This document shows, piece after piece, positions 21,072 to 31,439 of a stretch of 64,000 bases of DNA. Both the position numbers and the translations under genes were made by a program. Numbering within the stretch: position 1 is the stretch's first letter; every line of letters starts with the position of its first letter. The stretch comes from an uncultured Chloroflexia bacterium (lineage in GTDB: Bacteria > Chloroflexota > Limnocylindria > Limnocylindrales > CSP1-4), in assembly GCA_963813225.1 (NCBI GenBank), contig CAWEYB010000001.1, positions 1,152,362 to 1,216,361 of the forward strand, in the 5' to 3' direction. The notes beneath the pieces were generated by a model that saw only the letters and a program-made list of their open reading frames with translations, was not told the DNA's origin and did no database searches.

Positions 21072-21773
21072 ATGCGTGAGCCACTGACCATCGCGGTCGC
21101 CCAGCCCGTCTGCCACCCGGGTGACGTCGCCGCGAACGCGGTGGCGCACGCCGCCGCGATCCGAGTGGCCGGCGCGCGCCTGGTGGTCTTTCCGGAGCTG
21201 TCGGTGACCGGCTACGACCTGGGAGCGCCGGCCGTCGGGCCCGACGATCCCCGCCTCGCGCCGATCGTCGATGCCTGTCGCGAGACGGGGTCCCTGGCCC
21301 TGGTGGGCGCGCCCGTGCACGGCGTGGATGGGGAGACCATCGCGATGCTGGCCGTCGACGAGACCGGTGCCCGCGTCGCGTATCGCAAGATGTGGCTCGG
21401 CTCGACCGAGACCGAGCGCTTCACCGCCGGCACGGAGCCGGCCGTCCTCGAGCTCGACGGCTGGCGGCTGGGTCTCGCGATCTGCAAGGACGCGGGCGTC
21501 CCGCAGCACTGGGCCGACACGGCCGCGCTCGGCATCGACGCTTACGTCGCGGGCAGCGTCAAGGCACCCGATGAGACCGAGATCCAGGACGAGCGCGCGC
21601 GGCGGGTCGCGACCGGGCACGGGATCTGGGTCGCGGTCGCCAGCGGCGCGGGCCCGAATGGCGGGGAGTACGACCCGGCGGCCGGCCGCTCCGGGATCTG
21701 GGCCGCCGACGGGTCGGTCGTCGCGCAGGCGGGCGTGGAGCCGGGCGAGATCGCGCGCGCGACTCTCCGCTAG
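21072..21773 (+). CDS. Carbon-nitrogen hydrolase (nitrilase superfamily)
   Basis: Glu-Lys-Cys triad contexts VFPELSVTGY, YRKMWL and LAICKD. Intact. Confidence 0.8.
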   Translation: MREPLTIAVAQPVCHPGDVAANAVAHAAAIRVAGARLVVFPELSVTGYDLGAPAVGPDDPRLAPIVDACRETGSLALVGAPVHGVDGETIAMLAVDETGARVAYRKMWLGSTETERFTAGTEPAVLELDGWRLGLAICKDAGVPQHWADTAALGIDAYVAGSVKAPDETEIQDERARRVATGHGIWVAVASGAGPNGGEYDPAAGRSGIWAADGSVVAQAGVEPGEIARATLR

Positions 21774-22835
21774 CTAGGCCGAGCCCACGATGATCGTGAG
21801 GCCCCACAGCCCGAGCGCGAACACGACCACGGCCGTCAGCGAATCGACCCCGAAGCCGGCGTGGCGGCGCTCCCCTCGGACGATGATCGCGGTCATGTAG
21901 ATCCCGGTCAGCACGATGCCGAGCGCCCCCAGCCACGCGTTCTCGCGACCGGCCGTCGGCAGGAGGGGCTTCCCGGCCAGGAAGTCGGCGAGGACGAACA
22001 GGCACAGCTGGAAGGCGTTGCCGCCGAAGATGTCACCGATCGCCAGCTCGTTGTCGCCGAGCCGGACCGCCTCGATGCCGGTGCTGATCTCGGGCAGCGC
22101 GCTGGCCGCGGCCAGGAACGTCGCACCGAACACGACGCCGTTGATGCCCGAACGATCGGCCAGCAGGCTGCCGCTGGTCTCGAGCGCGACACCCGCCACC
22201 AGGATGGCGGCGCTCGCCGCCGCGAAGAGGAGGCCGATCTGCAGCGTGCTCACCTTGTCGAACGGCTTCGGGGCCGTCGGATGCGGTATCCGTCGATGAG
22301 GTCGCCCACGCTGGCTGCCGGGCATCGTCACCTGCCACGGCTGGTGCCGTCGGATCCGGTCGATGAGGTAGATCCCGACCAGCCACGTCGCGACGATGCC
22401 GATCGATGCCGGGCTGACGCCGCCGATCGCCGTCGACTCGGGCAGGATCGTGCCCATCAGCATCACCGCGACGATGATCACGACCATCGCGCCTTCGAGG
22501 ACCGGGATCAGGGACCCGACGAGATAGGTCAACGGCTTGTCGCCACCGACCGCCCGGTCGCACAGCACGAGGACCATCGTCTGGATCGCGATCCCGCCGA
22601 TCAGGTTGCCGGCGGCCACGTCGAGGTGGCCCTGCAGGACCGCCGATACGGTGATCGCCAGCTCTGGCAGGCTGCCCGAGATCGCCAGCAGGACGACCCC
22701 GCCGAGCGCCTCGCCCAGGCCCAAACGAAGGTCGAGCGCGTCGGTCGTCCGTGACAGCAGGATCCCGGCGATCCAGGTGACGACCGCGGCCGCGATGAAG
22801 ATCGCGATGAGGGCCGGACTCGGGAGATCGCCCAC
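21774..22835 (-). CDS. CaCA-family cation/proton (Na+/Ca2+ exchanger-type) antiporter
   Basis: Two alpha-repeats, GSLPELAITVSA and SALPEISTGIEA, with about 10 TM helices. GTG start chosen at VGDLPSP. Confidence 0.7.
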   Translation of the reverse strand: MGDLPSPALIAIFIAAAVVTWIAGILLSRTTDALDLRLGLGEALGGVVLLAISGSLPELAITVSAVLQGHLDVAAGNLIGGIAIQTMVLVLCDRAVGGDKPLTYLVGSLIPVLEGAMVVIIVAVMLMGTILPESTAIGGVSPASIGIVATWLVGIYLIDRIRRHQPWQVTMPGSQRGRPHRRIPHPTAPKPFDKVSTLQIGLLFAAASAAILVAGVALETSGSLLADRSGINGVVFGATFLAAASALPEISTGIEAVRLGDNELAIGDIFGGNAFQLCLFVLADFLAGKPLLPTAGRENAWLGALGIVLTGIYMTAIIVRGERRHAGFGVDSLTAVVVFALGLWGLTIIVGSA

Positions 22836-22882
22836 GGCATCGTCTCGCTGCAAGCTGCGACGCGCGTAGCATCGCGCATCCC

Positions 22883-24250
22883 GTGCGGCTCTACGATGCG
22901 GCGATGCAGAGGGGCCGCGTCTTCCGCCGCTCGAGCGCCGCCGATCCACCCGTGGCGGTCGAGGCGTCCGGCTCGACCATCCGCGATGCCGAGGGTCGCG
23001 AGTATCTCGACGCCGCCGGCGGGGCGATCGTCGTCAACGTCGGGCACGGCCGCCGCGAGATCGCCGACGTCATGGCCGACCAGGCTGGCCGCCTCGCCTA
23101 CGCGCACGGCAGCGCGTTCACGACCGAGCCGCTCGAGGCCTACGCGCGAGCCGTCGCGCCGCACCTGCCGGTCGACGACCCGGCGATCTACCCGGTGTCG
23201 GGCGGATCAGAGGCGATCGAGACCGCGCTCAAGCTCGCCCGTGCCTACCACATCGCCCGCGGCGAGCCGGATCGCTGGATCGTCTACTCGCGGTGGGGGA
23301 GCTACCACGGCAACACCCTCGGGGCGCTCGACCTGTCCGGTCGCAAGCCGCTGCGCCGGCCGTACGAAGGCTGGCTCGGCCGGTTCCGTCACGTGTCGGC
23401 GGCCTACCCGTACCGGGCCGACCTGCCCGGCGCGAACGCCCTCGGCTCGGCCGAGGAGCTGGCGGCGGAGCTCGACGCCGCCTTCTCGGCCGCCGAGCCG
23501 CGAACGGTCGCCGCGTTCGTGGCCGAGCCGATCGTCGGCGCGACCCTCGCGGCCGTCGAACCGCCGGCCGGCTATTGGCCGGCCATCGCCGCGGTCTGTG
23601 CCCGCCACGGCGTCCTGCTCATCGCCGACGAGGTGATGACCGGGTTCGGGCGGACGGGCCGCTGGTTCGGTCTCGATCACTGGAACGTCAGGCCGGACCT
23701 GCTGGTCGCGGCCAAGGGCGCCACGTCGGGCTACTGGCCGTTCGGGTTCGTCGCCGTCTCGGACGCGGTGTACACGACCATCACCGGTGCGTCGGCGGGC
23801 TTCGTCCACGGCTTCACCTATTCGCATTCACCGGTCGCCGCCGCGGTCGCGTCCGAGGTCCTCGCGATCCTCGAGCGCGAATCGCTCATCGAGGCGAGCG
23901 CGGCCAAGGGTGAGCGGCTGCTCGGACTCGCCCGGGATGCGTTCGGCGACCACCCGGCGGTCGGCGAGATCCGGGGGCGCGGCCTGATGGTCGGCATCGA
24001 GCTCGTCGCGGACCGGGAGACCCGGGCGCCATTCCAGCGTGCCGCGCGGGTGACCGAGGCGGTCGTCGCCGCTGCGCGCGACCGCGGTGTCCTCGTCTAC
24101 TCGGGAACGGGCAACGCCAACGGCGTCGATGGCGACACGATCCTGCTCGGACCGCCGTTCGTCGTCACCGACGCCGAGCTCCAGCGGATCGCGACGGTGC
24201 TGGCCGAGTCGATCGAGGCCGCGGTCATGCCCGACCCCGCCCTGCCGTAG
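22883..24250 (+). CDS. Class-III PLP aminotransferase (omega-transaminase-like)
   Basis: Intact 455 aa. YLDAAGGAIVVNVGHG, SGGSEAIETALKLAR, LIADEVMTGFGRTG, AAKG. Confidence 0.8.
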   Translation: MRLYDAAMQRGRVFRRSSAADPPVAVEASGSTIRDAEGREYLDAAGGAIVVNVGHGRREIADVMADQAGRLAYAHGSAFTTEPLEAYARAVAPHLPVDDPAIYPVSGGSEAIETALKLARAYHIARGEPDRWIVYSRWGSYHGNTLGALDLSGRKPLRRPYEGWLGRFRHVSAAYPYRADLPGANALGSAEELAAELDAAFSAAEPRTVAAFVAEPIVGATLAAVEPPAGYWPAIAAVCARHGVLLIADEVMTGFGRTGRWFGLDHWNVRPDLLVAAKGATSGYWPFGFVAVSDAVYTTITGASAGFVHGFTYSHSPVAAAVASEVLAILERESLIEASAAKGERLLGLARDAFGDHPAVGEIRGRGLMVGIELVADRETRAPFQRAARVTEAVVAAARDRGVLVYSGTGNANGVDGDTILLGPPFVVTDAELQRIATVLAESIEAAVMPDPALP

Positions 24251-24271
24251 CGGAAGCCCGGGACCCGCGCC

Positions 24272-24865
24272 TCAGCCGGGCCGCCGGCCGGTCCCGCCGA
24301 ACCGGTCCCCCGAGCCGCGCATGATGAGCAGCACGCCGAGCCCCACCAGCAGCAGCGGCAGGATGAACCCGCCGAACGACGCTCCCGCGATGTTGACCGC
24401 CCCGACGAGCGTCAGCAGGCCGCCGAACCACAGCTGCCAGCCCCAGCCGCCGCCCGACGCCGCGCGGACCAGCGCGATGAACAGGAAGGCGATCCCGAAG
24501 CTGAACGTGCTCAGTCCGTCGGCTTCGACGCCGGCCGCGTCGAGCAACCCCGGCACGGCGAGGGCCGTGATGATGGCGCCGGCGTAGAGCGACCCGGTGC
24601 CGCGATCGATCGCCCATTTGATCAGGAACGCGACACCGACCGCGAGGACCACGACCGAGCCCACGCCGCGGAACTGCGGGAATGCCTGCTGGAGAAGCAG
24701 CAGCGCCCCGAACACGAGCAGGAAGATGCCGATCCACGGCAGGCCCGGCCGACGCGCGCCGTCGGGTCCCCACTCCCAGTGGTAGACCCGGACCGCGGGC
24801 TCACCGGGCGCCCGGCCGCCGCTGTCGGGGCCGAGCCGGGTCACCGGTTCCTTCTGGTCGTCCAT
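24272..24865 (-). CDS. Hypothetical polytopic membrane protein
   Basis: Intact 197-aa ORF with about five hydrophobic helices. No family recognised. Confidence 0.5.
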   Translation of the reverse strand: MDDQKEPVTRLGPDSGGRAPGEPAVRVYHWEWGPDGARRPGLPWIGIFLLVFGALLLLQQAFPQFRGVGSVVVLAVGVAFLIKWAIDRGTGSLYAGAIITALAVPGLLDAAGVEADGLSTFSFGIAFLFIALVRAASGGGWGWQLWFGGLLTLVGAVNIAGASFGGFILPLLLVGLGVLLIMRGSGDRFGGTGRRPG

Positions 24866-24883
24866 CGCCGCGCCTCCTGCGCC

Positions 24884-25870
24884 CTAGTATCCGCGCTCCG
24901 GGTCGACCGGGTTCAGCAGAGGTTCCCCGACGATGTAGCGGCGCACGTTCTCGACGACGAGCTCGTCGAAGAAGCGCAGGGTGTGACCCGACGCGTGCGG
25001 CGTGACGATGACGTTGGGAGCGTCCCACCACGGGCTGTCGGCCGGCAGCGGCTCCTCCCAGAACACGTCGAGGACGGCACCGGCCAGCCGCCCGGCACGG
25101 AGCGCGTCGAGGAGCGCAGGTTCGTCGACCAGCGGACCGCGCGAGATGTTGATCAGCCAGGCTCGCGATGGCAGCGCGGCCAGCACGTCGCGCCCGACGA
25201 TCCCGCGCGAGGCGTCGGTCAGCGGCATCGTCACGATCAGCACGTCCGCTTCGCGGGCGACCTCGGCGAGCGCCGCGTCGTCCACGATGCGCTCGGGGAC
25301 CGTTCCGTCGGGATCGCCTGTCCCAGGGACCCGGTATGACGTGTCCACCCGCTCGCTCGGCCGATGCTTGACGGCCAGGACCCGCATCCCCAGAGCCGCC
25401 AGCTGTCGCGCCACCTCACGCCCGATCGACCCGTAGCCGGCCACCACCGCGGTCCGCCCGCGGACCATCGAGACGAGCTGCGGCGTGCCATCGGGCCAGC
25501 GATGGGCGGCCTGGTCCGCGCTCCAGGTCGCGGCCGGCTGGTTGACCCGCAGGACCATCCCGGTCACGTATTCGGCGATCGGGACGGCGTAGACGCCCTT
25601 GGCGTTGGTGACGAGCAGTCCCTTGCGCCATGGAGGGTCGGCGGCGAGGTGGTCCACGCCGGCCGACGGCACCTGCAGCCAGCGCAGGTGCGGTACGCGG
25701 GCGAGGTCGTCCGGCGGCCAGCCGGCGATGAGGATCTCGACCTCGGGGTCGGCGAGCGCCCGTGGATCGAACCCGTCGTCGGCGCTGAGGTCGACGACCT
25801 CGAGACCATCCATCGCCCGCAGGCGGTCGACGGTCTCGGGTCGGATCGTGGCATCGAGGATGAGGCGCAT
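24884..25870 (-). CDS. D-isomer-specific 2-hydroxyacid dehydrogenase
   Basis: VVAGYGSIGREVA (NAD fold), NISRGPLVDE, DVFWEEPLP, VTPHASG. Confidence 0.85.
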   Translation of the reverse strand: MRLILDATIRPETVDRLRAMDGLEVVDLSADDGFDPRALADPEVEILIAGWPPDDLARVPHLRWLQVPSAGVDHLAADPPWRKGLLVTNAKGVYAVPIAEYVTGMVLRVNQPAATWSADQAAHRWPDGTPQLVSMVRGRTAVVAGYGSIGREVARQLAALGMRVLAVKHRPSERVDTSYRVPGTGDPDGTVPERIVDDAALAEVAREADVLIVTMPLTDASRGIVGRDVLAALPSRAWLINISRGPLVDEPALLDALRAGRLAGAVLDVFWEEPLPADSPWWDAPNVIVTPHASGHTLRFFDELVVENVRRYIVGEPLLNPVDPERGY

Positions 25871-25990
25871 GCCTCGACGATAGGGCATCGGCGCAGTGCG
25901 GGCCAACGAAGCAGGGCTGCGTGCGTGATGTCGCGGCGCTCCGTATCATCCTTCCTCGACCGTCTCACCGGACACCTTGAAGGGGGCTCC

Positions 25991-26608
25991 ATGGCTCGCG
26001 ACGACGAACGACTCTCGCGCTCGCAGGAGGATCCGATCGTCGGCAGCCTGCCGGACGTCCCGGGCATCCTCGCCGCCATCCGGCTGACACCCGGCCTCGG
26101 GGTCCACCTCCGCGGCCTGGCCGACGAGCTCCTGGTCAACGACTTCCCCGGGACCACGCTCGTCCGGGCGGAGCGCGAGATGCTCGCGACCGCGGTGTCG
26201 GCCGCCAACGACTGCTTCTACTGCATGGACTCCCACGGGGCATTCGCGAGCGCCCTGCTCGAGAAGACCGGCGAGCAGGATCGACTGGCACTGATCGACC
26301 AGATCAAGATCGGATCGTCGGAGGGCTTCGATCCGAAGATGCAGGCCTTGCTGCATATCTCGCGGACCGTCCGGCGAGAGCCGCGGGACCTGACCCAAGG
26401 CGACGTGGACACCGCTCTCGACGCGGGTGCGACCGACGCCGACGTCCAGCTGGCCGTCCTCATCGCCGCCGCGTTCTCGATGTACAACCGGATGGTCGAC
26501 GGCTTCCGGGCCAGGACCGCACCGAGTGCGGAGGCGTACCGCCCGCGAGCGGCCGAGATCGCCGACTTCGGCTACAGCTCCCCCGCGGTCACCTCCGTTC
26601 CGCGTTGA
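25991..26608 (+). CDS. AhpD-like/carboxymuconolactone-decarboxylase family peroxidase-related protein
   Basis: AANDCFYCMDSH (CxxC..H) and the C-terminal ..AAFSMYNRMVDGF pattern. Confidence 0.7.
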   Translation: MARDDERLSRSQEDPIVGSLPDVPGILAAIRLTPGLGVHLRGLADELLVNDFPGTTLVRAEREMLATAVSAANDCFYCMDSHGAFASALLEKTGEQDRLALIDQIKIGSSEGFDPKMQALLHISRTVRREPRDLTQGDVDTALDAGATDADVQLAVLIAAAFSMYNRMVDGFRARTAPSAEAYRPRAAEIADFGYSSPAVTSVPR

Positions 26609-28197
26609 CCGCTGCGACGAGCCGGGCGCTGACGCTCGGCGCGCGGCGGTATCCGGTCGTCCTGCCGAGCATCCGGGACCCGCGCCTCCACGTCGCAGCC
26701 TGCATCATCTCGATCCACATCCTGGGGCAGCTCGGGCTCCAGTTCCGGGTCACGATCCCGCAGATCCTGGCCGCCATCCTGACCTGCGCGTTCATCGAGG
26801 TGACGCTCACCCTGCGCTCGAAGGGGGCGTTGGTGTGGCCGGCGAGCGCGATGCTGACCGGCAGCGGCGTGGCCCTGATCCTCCGAACGACGGACACGAA
26901 GGTCGGTGACCCGTGGGGCACCAACGACTGGTACATCTTCGCCATCGTCGCCGGGGCAGCGCTGCTCACCAAGTACGTCATCCAGTACCGCGGCTCGCAT
27001 GTCTTCAACCCGTCGAACCTCGGCCTGGTCGCGGCGTTCCTGCTGCTCGGCGTCGAGCGGGTGCAGCCACTCGATTTCTGGTGGGGTCCGCTCGATGGCT
27101 GGCTGGTCCTCGCCTACGCGATCATCATCGTCGGCGGGACGCTCATCACCCGCCGGCTTCACCTGCTCGCGATGGCCGCGACCTACTGGCTGACTCTCGC
27201 GATCGGGATCGGCGGCCTGGCCGCCTCCGGTCATTGCATGACGACGGACTGGGCGTTCGGGCCGGTCTGCGGGGCCGACTTCTGGCGGACGATCCTGACC
27301 TCCCCGGAGGTGCTGATCTTCCTGTTCTTCATGCTCACGGACCCCAAGACGATCCCGGCCGGGAACGTCGGGCGGATCCTGTTCGCGGCCTCCGTCGGGA
27401 TCACGAGCACGTTGTTCATCGCCCCGCAGACGACCGAGTTCGGAGCCAAGGTCGGCCTCCTCGCGAGCCTCGTGGCGATGTGCGCTCTGCGACCGGTCTT
27501 CGATCGGTTCCTGCCGGCGCCTCGCTCCGAGCTCGACCGGCTGGTCCCGTACGCGCGCCACCTCGCGGGGATCGGCACGACGGGTGGGAGCCCGCTCCGG
27601 AGGGTGGCCCTGGGCGGCCTCACCGTCGGGGTGCTCATCGCGTTCGGTGCCGGGATCGTCCTCGCCGGATCGCCCGCGCGGACCATCGCCGGCGCGACGG
27701 AGGGCGTCGTCTACCTCGACCCGTCACTCCGGGTCGAGGCGGCCTCGATCCCGGCCGTCTCGATCGACCCGTCGGTCACGTCGTGGAACGCCGACCGTGT
27801 TCGCGAGCAGGCGCCTGCGCTGGCGCTCACCCTCGCGCGCAACCTGGCCGCCGAGAACGAAGCGCTCCTGCACGGCGATGCGAGCCTCCTGCCCGCGATC
27901 GACCATGGCGATCGGCTCAAGGAGCTGCAGACCGACCTCGACCAGGCCAGGACGACCGGCCTGACGACGATCGAGCGCTACCAGTTCGACAGCCTCTTCC
28001 TCACGGTCAAGCTGCTGAAGTCGCAGACGGGTCTCGGCATGGCGTTCCAGGCGACGGGCACCAAGACCGAGGAGACCTACGACGCGAGCGGTGCGCTCCA
28101 GTCGCGCCAGGACGCGCCGTTCGCCTCGATGTTCGTCATGCGCCAGGTCCTCGGCGACGACCGGTGGTTCAACGTGGGCGTCATCCCGGCCTCGTGA
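26605..28197 (+). CDS. Hypothetical integral membrane protein with C-terminal soluble domain
   Basis: Intact 530 aa. About 8-9 TM helices in the first 330 aa, then a hydrophilic domain. TTG overlaps the upstream stop. Family not recognised with confidence. Confidence 0.55.
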   Translation: MTAATSRALTLGARRYPVVLPSIRDPRLHVAACIISIHILGQLGLQFRVTIPQILAAILTCAFIEVTLTLRSKGALVWPASAMLTGSGVALILRTTDTKVGDPWGTNDWYIFAIVAGAALLTKYVIQYRGSHVFNPSNLGLVAAFLLLGVERVQPLDFWWGPLDGWLVLAYAIIIVGGTLITRRLHLLAMAATYWLTLAIGIGGLAASGHCMTTDWAFGPVCGADFWRTILTSPEVLIFLFFMLTDPKTIPAGNVGRILFAASVGITSTLFIAPQTTEFGAKVGLLASLVAMCALRPVFDRFLPAPRSELDRLVPYARHLAGIGTTGGSPLRRVALGGLTVGVLIAFGAGIVLAGSPARTIAGATEGVVYLDPSLRVEAASIPAVSIDPSVTSWNADRVREQAPALALTLARNLAAENEALLHGDASLLPAIDHGDRLKELQTDLDQARTTGLTTIERYQFDSLFLTVKLLKSQTGLGMAFQATGTKTEETYDASGALQSRQDAPFASMFVMRQVLGDDRWFNVGVIPAS

Positions 28198-28236
28198 CCT
28201 CCGCCGCCGGGCCGCGCCCGGTGACAGACCGCCCGG

Positions 28237-28680
28237 TCAGCTCTCGAGCGTCGCCTCGACGCTGAGCGCGACGTTGCCGCCCAGCGCGACGCTGATCGGG
28301 CAGCCGTCCTTGTTGGCCTCGGCGGCGGCGATGAAGTCCGCCGCGGACATGCCAGGGACCACGCCACGCACGGTGAGCGCGCTCGACACGACGCGCCAGC
28401 CGGCCTCGAGCTTGTCGAAGGTCACCTCGGCGGTGACGTCGAGCCGGTCCGGCGGGGTCCCCGCCCGGCCGAGCGCCCCCGACAGCGCCATCTCGAAGCA
28501 GGCCGCGTGGGCGGCCGCCAGGAGCTCCTCGGGGCTCGTCTTGCCGCCGGGCGCCTCGGTCCGGGCCGCCCAGGACACGGGCAGATCCGTGAACGATCCC
28601 GACGACACGGCACTGACGGTGCCGGACCCGGTCGTGAGGGGCCCGGACCAGGCTGCCTCGGCGCGTCGGATAGCTGACAT
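28237..28680 (-). CDS. OsmC-family peroxiredoxin
   Basis: TSPEELLAAAHAACFEM and DGCPIS (the two conserved Cys). Start placed at MSAIRRAE. Confidence 0.85.
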   Translation of the reverse strand: MSAIRRAEAAWSGPLTTGSGTVSAVSSGSFTDLPVSWAARTEAPGGKTSPEELLAAAHAACFEMALSGALGRAGTPPDRLDVTAEVTFDKLEAGWRVVSSALTVRGVVPGMSAADFIAAAEANKDGCPISVALGGNVALSVEATLES

Positions 28681-28859
28681 CGGGTTCCTCCGGGTGCGGA
28701 TGGGTGGTTCCCATCGTCCCATATGCGCTGCCGAGTGTCCGCGACGAGCCTGGCACAGCCCCGTCATCCCGGGCCGCCGGCCCCCGAAGGTGGGCAATCC
28801 CGTCAGGTAGACTCCTCTCGCCGCCCGCCGGGTGGCGTCACCAGGAGCGGTGAGGGGAC

Positions 28860-31031
28860 ATGACCGAGATCTCACCGGCGATGCCCGGGGACAACGGGCT
28901 CGTCCCCGGCTGGCTGCAGCGACTCGCCGCCGTCGGGTGGCGGCTGCTCGCCACGATCGCGCTGGGTCTCGTGCTCATCTACATCGCCGTCCTTCTCGGG
29001 ACGGTGACGGCGTCGGTCCTGGTGGCGGCCATCGTGGCCGCGACCTTCGCGCCGTTCGTGCTGGCTCTGCGCGATCGCGGCTGGTCGAGGATCAAGGCCG
29101 CAGCAGTGGTCTTCGTCGGGGCCATGGCCGTGATCATCGCCACGATCGTGATCATCGTGATCGCCTTCCTGCCGGCCATCACCAGCGTCATCGATGCCAT
29201 CACCGGCGGGGTCGCGCGCTTCAAGGACGTGCTGGCGAACCTGGACCTCCCGCCCGAGGTCGGGGCCGCCATCGACCATGCGACGAAGGGCCTCCAGGAC
29301 TGGATCCAGGGCGAGATCTCCGGTCTGGCCAACACCGTCGCCACGGTCGCGACGGTGGCGATCCTGGCGACGTTCCTGACGTTCTTCTTCATGATGGACG
29401 GGGACAAGGCGTGGGGCTGGGTGATGTCCTCGGCCAAGAGCTGGCGGCGCGAGAGGATCGAGACCGCCGGCGATGTCGCCCTCGAGAGGGTCGGTGGCTA
29501 CCTGCGCGGCACTGCGGTGATCGCCGCCGTCGACGGGTTCTTCGAGGCGCTGTTCCTGTTCCTCCTCGGGGTTCCCAACGCGCCGGCGCTCGGCGTGATC
29601 GTCTTCTTCGGCCGGTTCATCCCGTACATCGGCGGCCTGGTGACGACGATCATCCTGCTGTTCGCGACGCTGTCCAGCGCCGGGCAGACCGCAGCCATCG
29701 TGCTGCTCGTCCTGATCACCATCCTGAACGTGATCCAGGGCAAGTTCCTTGCACCGATCGTGTACCACCGGACCGTCCACATCCACCCGGCTCTCGTGCT
29801 GATCGCGCTCCCGGCCGGCGCGGCCCTGGCCGGCATCATCGGCTTGTTCGTGGCGATCCCGGTCGTCGCATTCGCGCTTGCCATCGTCGGTGCCCTCGTG
29901 TCCGTCCTGGGTTTCGGCCCTGACACGCAGGCGATGTCGACCAACCCGATGGTGCCCGTCTGGCTCGATCGGCTCGGACAGTGGAGCTGGCGCCTGCTCG
30001 TGTCGATCGGCCTGCTCGGCGTCTTCATCGCCGCGGTCGTCCAGGTGCCGATCGTCGTCATCCCCGTGGTCCTCGCAGTCGTGCTGGCGGCCACGCTCGC
30101 GCCCCTCGCGGAAGCACTCGAGAAGCGCGGTTGGAGCCACGATCGAGCCGCGATAGGAGCGACGCTCGGTGCGGCCCTCGGGATCATCGTCATCGTCGGA
30201 CTGACGCTGGTCTCGCTGGCGCCGCCGATCAGCGACATGATCAACAGCGCGATCGCCGGCTCCAGCTCGGCCGACAGCAGCACCGGCGGCCAGGCCGGCG
30301 TCCTGGTGACTGTCGTCCAGACGTTCGGGACCGGGGTCCTGGTCACGATCGCGGGGGTGCTGTCGACGCTGGCGGGGATCGCCGTGATCCTCCTCCTGGC
30401 GACGCTCCTGACGTTCTACTTCATGCGCGACGGCGGCGCCTTCTGGCAGGCCGTGCTCGCCCGTGTCGAGCCGGGCCGTCGATCGCATGTGGCCGTCGCC
30501 GGCCAGAAGGCGTTCGATGTGCTCGGCGGCTACATGCTGGGGACCGGCGCGATCTCGATCTTCGGGGCGGCCACCCAGTTCCTGATCATGGTCATCCTCG
30601 GCATCCCGTTCGCCCTGCCGCTGGCGGTCCTGGCGGTCTTCGGGGGGTTCATCCCGTACATCGGCTCGCTCTTCACGACCGCCCTGGCCTTTCTCGTGAC
30701 GGTCGCGACCGGGACGCCACAGGACATCGCGATCATGGCGATCTTCACCATCGTGTTCAACATCGTCCAGGGCAACATCGTGGCGCCGATCGTCTACAGC
30801 CGGGTCGTGAGCATCCACCCGGCGGTGGTCCTCGTGGCCATCCCCGCCGGGAACGAGGTCGCCGGCGTCATCGGGATGTTCCTCGTCGTCCCGTTCCTCG
30901 GCGTCGTCGCGGCGGTCTGGCGGACGGTCCTGCGCGTGCTTGACACGGGGCCCGTCGAGATCGTCGATCCGACCCCTTCCGCCCCCGAATCTGCCGACTT
31001 GGTCACGAACGCGGCGCCGACCGGAGGCTGA
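28860..31031 (+). CDS. Tandem-duplicated AI-2E (PerM/UPF0118) family transporter
   Basis: Two complete AI-2E units in one 723-aa ORF: ..FFFMMDGDKAW..GRFIPYIGGLV..VIQGKFLAPIVY.. and ..FYFMRDGGAFW..GGFIPYIGSLF..IVQGNIVAPIVY.. Confidence 0.8.
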   Translation: MTEISPAMPGDNGLVPGWLQRLAAVGWRLLATIALGLVLIYIAVLLGTVTASVLVAAIVAATFAPFVLALRDRGWSRIKAAAVVFVGAMAVIIATIVIIVIAFLPAITSVIDAITGGVARFKDVLANLDLPPEVGAAIDHATKGLQDWIQGEISGLANTVATVATVAILATFLTFFFMMDGDKAWGWVMSSAKSWRRERIETAGDVALERVGGYLRGTAVIAAVDGFFEALFLFLLGVPNAPALGVIVFFGRFIPYIGGLVTTIILLFATLSSAGQTAAIVLLVLITILNVIQGKFLAPIVYHRTVHIHPALVLIALPAGAALAGIIGLFVAIPVVAFALAIVGALVSVLGFGPDTQAMSTNPMVPVWLDRLGQWSWRLLVSIGLLGVFIAAVVQVPIVVIPVVLAVVLAATLAPLAEALEKRGWSHDRAAIGATLGAALGIIVIVGLTLVSLAPPISDMINSAIAGSSSADSSTGGQAGVLVTVVQTFGTGVLVTIAGVLSTLAGIAVILLLATLLTFYFMRDGGAFWQAVLARVEPGRRSHVAVAGQKAFDVLGGYMLGTGAISIFGAATQFLIMVILGIPFALPLAVLAVFGGFIPYIGSLFTTALAFLVTVATGTPQDIAIMAIFTIVFNIVQGNIVAPIVYSRVVSIHPAVVLVAIPAGNEVAGVIGMFLVVPFLGVVAAVWRTVLRVLDTGPVEIVDPTPSAPESADLVTNAAPTGG

Positions 31032-31122
31032 CACCGAACGACGCAGACGAGCCGGCCGAAGCCGAGCCCGACCGCGTCGTCAGACTGGTCCTGGAAGGCG
31101 CCGGCGACCCGGCGCGTGAGGG

Positions 31123-31404
31123 TCAGATCCCGAGGGCCTTGGCCTTCGCCGACGCGTACTCGTCGTCGGTCAGGATGCCCTGGGCGTGCAGCTGGGCGAG
31201 CTTCTCGAGCTGAGCGGTCTGCGGGTCCTCTGCCGCTGGAGCCGGAGCCGCGTACTGCGGCGCCGCGGCGTCGGCAGCCGCCTGCTGCTCAGCCGCCTGA
31301 TTTGCGTACTTCTGCTGCTGATGGTGGCTGACGGCCCCGGCCGTCCCTGCCACGACGGCGGTGGTCGCGGCCATCCGAACGAGGCCGCCTCTGCGTCGCA
31401 TCAT
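31123..31404 (-). CDS. SHOCT-domain small protein
   Basis: C-terminal LEKLAQLHAQGILTDDEYASAKAKAL. Start at MMRRRGG. Confidence 0.7.
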   Translation of the reverse strand: MMRRRGGLVRMAATTAVVAGTAGAVSHHQQQKYANQAAEQQAAADAAAPQYAAPAPAAEDPQTAQLEKLAQLHAQGILTDDEYASAKAKALGI

Positions 31405-31439
31405 CGTAGTGATCCCCTTTCGTTCAGCGATTTGGAGTG

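Noticed and set aside
28872-31034. 720-aa ORF on the minus strand
   Set aside because: It is an exact antisense shadow of the AI-2E gene. Its composition is dominated by R/D/H/G with no hydrophobic core. This is a typical long spurious ORF in GC-rich DNA.
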